From Pedobacter sp. (GTDB lineage: Bacteria; Bacteroidota; Bacteroidia; Sphingobacteriales; Sphingobacteriaceae), in contig JAZQRI010000083.1 of the NCBI GenBank assembly GCA_045629455.1, positions 6,536 through 70,535 of the forward strand: DNA of 64,000 bases, read 5' to 3'. The number at the start of each line of letters is the position of its first letter. Position 1 is the first letter of the stretch. A program made the translations under genes and the position numbers. Shown piece after piece: positions 58,731 through 64,000 of this stretch. The notes beneath the pieces are model-generated. The model worked only from the letters and a program-made list of their open reading frames with translations, did no database searches and was not told the origin of the DNA.

Positions 58731-60755
58731 ATGGATTTTTCAACCAATATCATTCCCTTTCGATTACCTATACAACTACAGCCATTCTACTTCTCCTTGG
58801 ACGAAAGTAGTCAAGCTCACAGATTACATCGAAATGTAATCTCGGATAAGATAGCAACTGTGCTACAGTTAGATCCGGAAATAGAATTTGTCTACACCAC
58901 CTTTGACATCGAATGCGTTGGCTACACTTTGATTGAGCTAGACCTCGCTCAAGAAAAACCTTCATTTGCCAAGAGATATTATAATTACTTAATCCAAAAA
59001 TATTTCCAGGATCTGGGCATTCTGGTGAAAAAAAACTTTGTACGGGACGTTCAAATTTGGATACTTCAACAAGCACCCTCTGAATATACCACTTTTGACC
59101 GTTTTACAATTCGTACTCAATTTAATAAGATCACTACCAGCGGCGAATTGCTGATTGCATTTGATGGAGTCTCGAAGGTATTGAAGAAAACAGTAAATGA
59201 GGCCACGGAAATCCAACCAGAAAATCTGCGGTATGTGCTTCAAGAGAATAAACTACTCCGGTATCATGATCCGGAGGATTATCAGCTTGTGGATTACAAT
59301 CTATCTTATCCGGTTATGGGTCTGAATATCTATAGAGATTTAAATCTTCCCCTGCCCGTTTTGGATAAAACCAACAAATACAAAAAGTTTATCCCCAAGA
59401 TTTCCAGTTTCGTTAAAAAATATCTAGATCAGGACGGCTTTCGGTCATTAGTAAACCTTTCACAAAAAACTTTTTATAAGCTTCCAGATACATTAATCGG
59501 AACCGTTAAGCAAGAAAGCAACAACTTGCTCTTTGGAAACAATCATGTAGATTCCGACGCGCGACAGGGAATCAAAAAAGGCCCATATAAAAAAACACCC
59601 TACACAAACGTCCATTTCTTTTTTATATATCACAAGGATTCAACTCTTTCAGCAAAGACGCTCCATACCTATTACAAAGAGGGTATCGAATTTTTTAAAG
59701 GCCTCGAAAGTATCGCTAAAGTTAGATACCATACAGAAAAAAATTTCAGTATCGTTTTTGATAATTTAGCCGATCCAATTGCTGAAATCCAAGAGGCTCT
59801 TGATTCGAAGGACTGGAAGCCTGACGTGGAATATTTCGCCATTTACATTAGCCCATTTGACAAACATGAACCCGATAGGCAAAAGCGCCAGCTTTATTTT
59901 AGCCTGAAAAAACTGTTGCTTGAAAAAAAGATCCATTCTCAGGTCATTGTCGAGAATAAAATGCTGGAAAAGGGTGCAGAGTATAAATACAGCATGATCA
60001 ATATTGCCGTAGCTGCACTGGCTAAACTGGGAGGTGTCCCCTGGAGAATTCAATCTTCACTCAAGAACGAACTGGTCGTTGGAGTTGGCGCTTTCAAAAG
60101 TCCGGATACCGGCCTGCATTATGTCGGAAGCGCATTCTCCTTCCAGAATAATGGGGAATTCAACGAATTCGATTGCTTTCTGAAAACGGACACGGATATT
60201 TTAGCGGGAGCAATCCAGGAGGCAATTATCAAGTTCACATCTGTAAACAAGAATCCACAGCGCCTCATAATCCATTTTTACAAGGACATGAGCTATAAAG
60301 AAATCAAACCAATATTGACAAAACTTTATAATCTAGGCCTAGCTATTCCGGTTTTTATCATAACCATCAATAAGACCGAATCTAGTGACATTATCGCTTG
60401 GGACAATGACTGGAATGGGCTGATGCCTACCAGTGGAACCTATATTAGGGTTGGAAAAAATGAATATTTATTATTCAACAATACTCGATATGGTCAAGGT
60501 CATAAAGCGTCGGACGGTTTTCCTTTTCCAGTTAAAATGAAGGTCAGCTGCACGGACGCTGAGCAATTAAGTCCACTTATCGTAAGGGAATTGATTGACC
60601 AAGTCTATCAATTCAGCAAGATGTATTGGAAATCAGTCAAGCAGCAACACCTACCTGTGACGATAAAATATCCAGAAATGGTAGCTGAGATCTTCCCGCA
60701 TCTAGGGGTACTTACCTTGCCAGAGTTTGGGAAGGACAAACTTTGGTTTCTCTAG
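58731..60755 (+). CDS. Prokaryotic Argonaute (MID-PIWI), catalytically inactive, shortened N-lobe (long-B-like)
   Basis: MID pocket pattern Y389/K393/Q404/K432 (LYFSLKK..IHSQ..INIAVAALAKLGGVPW). PIWI strands VVGVGAF, RLIIHFYKD and PVTIKYPEMVAE lack acidic residues at the DEDX positions. Confidence 0.8.
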   Translation: MDFSTNIIPFRLPIQLQPFYFSLDESSQAHRLHRNVISDKIATVLQLDPEIEFVYTTFDIECVGYTLIELDLAQEKPSFAKRYYNYLIQKYFQDLGILVKKNFVRDVQIWILQQAPSEYTTFDRFTIRTQFNKITTSGELLIAFDGVSKVLKKTVNEATEIQPENLRYVLQENKLLRYHDPEDYQLVDYNLSYPVMGLNIYRDLNLPLPVLDKTNKYKKFIPKISSFVKKYLDQDGFRSLVNLSQKTFYKLPDTLIGTVKQESNNLLFGNNHVDSDARQGIKKGPYKKTPYTNVHFFFIYHKDSTLSAKTLHTYYKEGIEFFKGLESIAKVRYHTEKNFSIVFDNLADPIAEIQEALDSKDWKPDVEYFAIYISPFDKHEPDRQKRQLYFSLKKLLLEKKIHSQVIVENKMLEKGAEYKYSMINIAVAALAKLGGVPWRIQSSLKNELVVGVGAFKSPDTGLHYVGSAFSFQNNGEFNEFDCFLKTDTDILAGAIQEAIIKFTSVNKNPQRLIIHFYKDMSYKEIKPILTKLYNLGLAIPVFIITINKTESSDIIAWDNDWNGLMPTSGTYIRVGKNEYLLFNNTRYGQGHKASDGFPFPVKMKVSCTDAEQLSPLIVRELIDQVYQFSKMYWKSVKQQHLPVTIKYPEMVAEIFPHLGVLTLPEFGKDKLWFL

Positions 60756-60800
60756 GGAGAGATAATTCTTTCCGTTACTTTTAAAGCAATTTTTCGAATA

Positions 60801-60917
60801 TTAACAGATTGGAGTAGCCATTGTATCCAAAAAATCATAATTTTTCACAGCTTTTTCAAGTTGCTTAAGCTGGATGAATTCCGCTCTGCTAACTTTTTGT
60901 CCATTGTAATAACACAT
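60801..60917 (-). pseudogene. 38-codon remnant resembling the N-terminus of an SOS-response-associated peptidase (SRAP/YedK-like)
   Basis: MCYYNGQKVSRAEFIQLKQLEKAVKNYDFLDTMATPIC*: Met-Cys start as in SRAP (catalytic Cys2) with a Bacteroidota-style MCYY opening. It ends about 45 nt from the pAgo stop, whereas full-length SRAPs are about 200 aa or more. Confidence 0.4.
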
Positions 60918-60921
60918 AATC

Positions 60922-61170
60922 TTATCTCCTTTTAGCACGGATATGCTCAGCAATCAATTTCCCAATTTGTTCGGCTTCGATCTGTCTTCCCTATGGTATG
61001 GAAGTCCAGAATTTCTGGTCACGCAGGCCAATGCCTATCGCAATTAACAGCGGCTTTTTTCAGCCTTTGAAATCAACATGAAACACCCTGTTGGACCCGA
61101 CCTCATGTTCTGCGACAGTAATCTGTTGTCCTTCCAGTTCTAGCTCAAATGGTGGTTCAAGTTCCCTCAT
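60922..61170 (-). pseudogene. Stop-interrupted paralogue of the 99-aa ORF at 8969-9268
   Basis: MRELEPPFELELEGQQITVAEHEV...FHVDFKG*KKPLLIAIGIGLRDQKFWTSIP*GRQIEAEQIGKLIAEHI. This compares with MEPFNIKLPVSGQTATLTILPAEE...KDWTLVPEEE...RSIGAEIQS. Two in-frame stops. Confidence 0.5.
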
Positions 61171-61923
61171 TATTAAAATTAAAGAAAAATCTAAGAATCA
61201 AAAAGGGTCAAACACCTAAAGATTAGGCACAAAGAAAAACGGGGAATAATCATGATGACGATTCCCCGTTCTAAATTAACGCTCTCATACATAAAGACGC
61301 TGGTAGAGCAGATTTATTGCAAACGCAACTTAATTTTTTTCTCGATTTCTTTCCGCTGAGTCGAGCCGTCCTTTTTAGCATCCTTGACGGCGGCAGATTT
61401 CACGGTCAATTTATCTGCTTCGTATTGATCTCATGTGGTTGGTTGGAAACCGAATTCCTTCAACTTTGCTTCCTCTTGGTATAATCTTAATTTCTAGGTG
61501 AATGATGCCATCAAAACAACATTAAATCAGGATGGTTTAAAAAATCTGCCGCCTAAAAGCACGTGGGAAAGATGGCCTTTTTAAATGAGAACGCTTTATA
61601 ACCTCTATCTTGACCTACCGCTGGAGATGTTTTGCAGATTATTATCTTCTGCGGCTTTAATGTTAGGGTGCTCAACATCCTAGACTGATGGCCTTACATA
61701 CTGGTCTTGTTTTAACCCAGCTTCCCTTAGAATATTTCGGGAATGTTGGTACTTAGAATAATGTTACCATCCTTAAGGTCCGGTAATATCTTGTTGACAA
61801 TCGCGTCTCTAATTATAGTTATAGCATTTGAATGGGCGAGCACTGTCAAAAGGAACCGAAAAGGACAGTGTAATAAATGAATCCCCAGCTATGGTGATTT
61901 CAAAATGATATTAATGATTTTCC

Positions 61924-61962
61924 ATAAATAGTCAAGTTTAATAGAAAAACTTGACTATTTAT
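61924..61962. repeat. Perfect 16-bp inverted repeat (ataaatagtcaagttt / aaacttgactatttat), 7-nt loop
   Basis: Read directly. It is immediately followed by a second hairpin, agagtagaagat-tctaa-gtcttccactct (61963-61991). Confidence 0.85.
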
Positions 61963-62411
61963 AGAGTAGAAGATTCTAAGTCTTCCACTCTATCTTACCA
62001 TTTATTGGATACAATAGCCGTTCTCGAATTCCAGAAGCAACCCAATATTTAATTTATAACCAAAGAATTCTGCTCCGTTACATATTTGTTACTGTTCTTA
62101 ATAAAAAAACAGACGAGCTCATGAACTGACATTGTTCCTGTTAGAATTATTGATTTGCCTATTCCTATACCAATCTGTAAAAGTTCGAACTCCGCTTTGA
62201 TATCCTTTACCTTTTGGAATTATGCCTCGTATGCCCGTTTAACTCTGGCGATACCGACTTCCCTCCCGTAATCAGGGAATGTAACCATCTAATACCATCC
62301 TACCTTTGAGACCGAGTGATACCCATCGGGTGCATCTAAATCTACAAGCATGGAGAGGATGGGACAACCTTGTAGCATTTTTTTTTCTCCACTACCTCCT
62401 CCTTAGCTTCT

Positions 62412-62444
62412 CCTTACCTTTCCTATACCTTTGCCTTACCTTTT
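62412..62444 (+). repeat. Three 11-nt phased TACCTTT / CCTTACC units upstream of the 62554 gene
   Basis: ccttacctttc-ctatacctttg-ccttacctttt. The middle unit TACCTTTG fits the Bacteroidota -7 promoter consensus TAnnTTTG. Same core motif as at 9334-9399. Confidence 0.6.
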
Positions 62445-62553
62445 GGTAGCCGAAAGCTAGGGCGGAGCCTTGCAAAAAGTGCCGCATCTACAAACTTGAT
62501 TTATCGCTGTATTTTGTTTAAGTTTAATCTAGTAAACACTAACGCATCTCGAA

Positions 62554-63198
62554 ATGGCAACAATTAAAAAAGGAATATTGGGTCCGGTTACGGGCTCGAT
62601 AGGAAAAGTGATCGGCTATGAACGACTAGGTACGCCCTGCATCAGAATTAAAGCGGAACCGAAAGAACAAAACTTTACGTCCAAACAAAGGGCGCACCAG
62701 TTGCGCGTCAGGCTGGCCAACAGTTTCATCAACCCTTCAAAGGCCTTCATCAACATTGGTTTTTCTTTAAGCACCACTGGCGGCCAGACCGCGCACAACG
62801 TAGCTATGGCGCATGCCATAAGAAATGGCACCAAAGGTGAGTTCCCGGAACTAGAACTGGATTTTGAAAACCTGCTGGTTTCGGATGGGGAACTTCCAGG
62901 AGCGGTGAATCCGCAGGTAGAACTGTCAATCAATTCGAATCTGAAATTCTCCTGGGATTACGACAATAGCCTGGAGTTTGCCCTAAGAAAGGATCAGGTC
63001 ATGCTCCTCGCCTATTCGCCGGAAACAAACAGATCCTTCTACACCATTGGTGGCGCAAAAAGATCTGCGGGTCAGGATATCTTAGAATTGTACACCGAGC
63101 TTCAGCCCGAAGTATTTGAGACCTATATCGCTTTCATTTCAGAAGACCGGAAATTGATATCCAGAAGTACCTACACAGGAAAGGTTATCATAAGCTAA
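62554..63198 (+). CDS. Hypothetical protein, DUF6266-like
   Basis: The N-terminus MATIKKGILGPVTGSIGKVIGYERLG resembles my recollection of Bacteroidota DUF6266 proteins. No functional motif. Confidence 0.45.
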   Translation: MATIKKGILGPVTGSIGKVIGYERLGTPCIRIKAEPKEQNFTSKQRAHQLRVRLANSFINPSKAFINIGFSLSTTGGQTAHNVAMAHAIRNGTKGEFPELELDFENLLVSDGELPGAVNPQVELSINSNLKFSWDYDNSLEFALRKDQVMLLAYSPETNRSFYTIGGAKRSAGQDILELYTELQPEVFETYIAFISEDRKLISRSTYTGKVIIS

Positions 63199-63216
63199 CT
63201 TTTTATACTAAGCTAC

Positions 63217-64000
63217 TTAAGAACCTTCATTCCCGATCTTATCACTTACCCGGAAATAATCGAAATCTACGTACCCTCCGGGGTTCTTAGTGGCATAGTT
63301 AAACAGACCAAAGCGGTAACCCATAAAGTGAGGGAGCGTGTAAGACATCTGCAATGCAGAGCCTATACGTTTCCAATTCTTACCGTCCAGGCTGTAATAG
63401 AAGTAGCCTTTATCTGTACGGTTCTTGAAATCGCAATCTGCCTTCAGATAAATGGTTGTTTGTGTAACCGGAATGCTGGCCACCTCTTCCGGAGTACCGG
63501 TAGACGCATTTACCATGACGATGGAACGGCTGCCCCCTTCTGCTTTTACCCCTACCCATCCGTAATTCTTTTGCAGGAGAAGAAGTCCGGCATGGTCGCC
63601 ATCTTTCATTTTCGAAATGTCCAGGGAGGTAACAGCAGAACTTTCCGGACCAAAGGTCCGTTGGGTGATTGTATTGCGGGCCATCAGGATGGAGGTATCC
63701 ACGCGGCTTGTGCTCAGCCGGAGAAAACCGGGGCGCTGTGTGACAGACCAGGAGCGGTTGTCCGGGTTATGGTTCCACTGCCAGACCAGCGGCAAAGCCG
63801 GCTCGTTCTTTTTCCGCTCAAATTCATCTGAGGCCACAATCCCGGGAATGATGCCTTTACTTGCCGGGAGATCTAAAGATTCCGGCACCTGACCACCTGT
63901 TCCGAGCACCGGCCATCCGTCTTCCCATTTTACCGGGACGAGGTACGGAATGCGGCCCACTGCACCAAAATCACGGAAGAGGTACGCATACCAGTCACCC
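63217..64000 (-). CDS. Glycoside hydrolase family 43 protein, C-terminal beta-sandwich part; 5' end outside the window
   Basis: The reading frame stays open to nt 64000 (..GDWYAYLFRDFGAVGRIPYLVPVKWEDGWPVLG..). WQWNHNPDNRSWSVTQRPGFLRL is typical of the GH43 beta-xylosidase-type C-terminal concanavalin-like domain. Confidence 0.75.
   Translation of the reverse strand, partial: GDWYAYLFRDFGAVGRIPYLVPVKWEDGWPVLGTGGQVPESLDLPASKGIIPGIVASDEFERKKNEPALPLVWQWNHNPDNRSWSVTQRPGFLRLSTSRVDTSILMARNTITQRTFGPESSAVTSLDISKMKDGDHAGLLLLQKNYGWVGVKAEGGSRSIVMVNASTGTPEEVASIPVTQTTIYLKADCDFKNRTDKGYFYYSLDGKNWKRIGSALQMSYTLPHFMGYRFGLFNYATKNPGGYVDFDYFRVSDKIGNEGS

Larger units (their letters stand above)
47431..60755. other. 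Defence-type genomic island (gene-bearing core; true borders lie somewhere in 46325-47430 and 60756-62553)
   Basis: Six consecutive genes, all nuclease, STAND NTPase, Abi-like or Argonaute types. It is visibly AT-richer than the flanks, bordered by gene-free and decayed DNA, and no recombinase was seen. Confidence 0.65.

Noticed and set aside
47431-60755. Annotating the island as a mobile element (ICE, prophage or transposon)
   Set aside because: No integrase, transposase, conjugation or phage structural genes, and no terminal inverted repeats, could be found in the window.
62049-62339. Minus-strand frame of 97 codons with only two internal stops (…FPDYGREVGIARVKRAYEA*FQKVKDIKAEFELLQIGIGIGKSIILTG…), considered as a pseudogene
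   Set aside because: Two stops in 97 codons is not clearly below the random expectation, and no family was recognised. It is mentioned only as possible debris.

Overview
Gene content and style (TonB-dependent receptor behind a cobalamin riboswitch, DUF6580, DUF2807, an XRE-S24 LexA-like regulator, non-ATG infC, short leaders) point to a Bacteroidota chromosome, probably Sphingobacteriia-like. Nt 1 to about 46300 is ordinary core genome. It holds a beta-CASP hydrolase and an OmpA-family protein. A tightly packed minus-strand operon runs PAS histidine kinase, egtB, egtD, lycopene-cyclase-family flavoprotein, small ORF. It also holds a B12 riboswitch with btuB and DUF6580, PBP1A, thrS-infC-rpmI-rplT, recQ, htrA, an FtsX-type permease and a small glycosyltransferase cassette. 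Further genes are PafA-like phosphatase, START, SWIM and oxidoreductase genes. Nt 46300 to 62550 is an AT-richer accessory region with no integrase, transposase or tRNA that I can find. It carries two tandem giant NACHT-like STAND NTPases, each with an N-terminal PD-(D/E)xK nuclease-like domain (Cap4/DUF4297-like and Mrr-like). It also has an orphan wHTH plus nuclease-fold protein. Its most interesting element is a three-gene operon at 56899-60755: an unknown 189-aa protein, a two-TM AbiC-like membrane protein, and a 674-aa Argonaute. The Argonaute has an intact-looking MID pocket, no DEDX catalytic residues and a shortened N-lobe. The 1.8 kb to its right is decayed: a 38-codon fragment resembling an SRAP N-terminus, a stop-interrupted paralogue of the 99-aa ORF at 8969, and hairpins. 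The window ends with a DUF6266-like ORF and a partial GH43 gene. All domain calls are made by eye from motifs; no searches were run.
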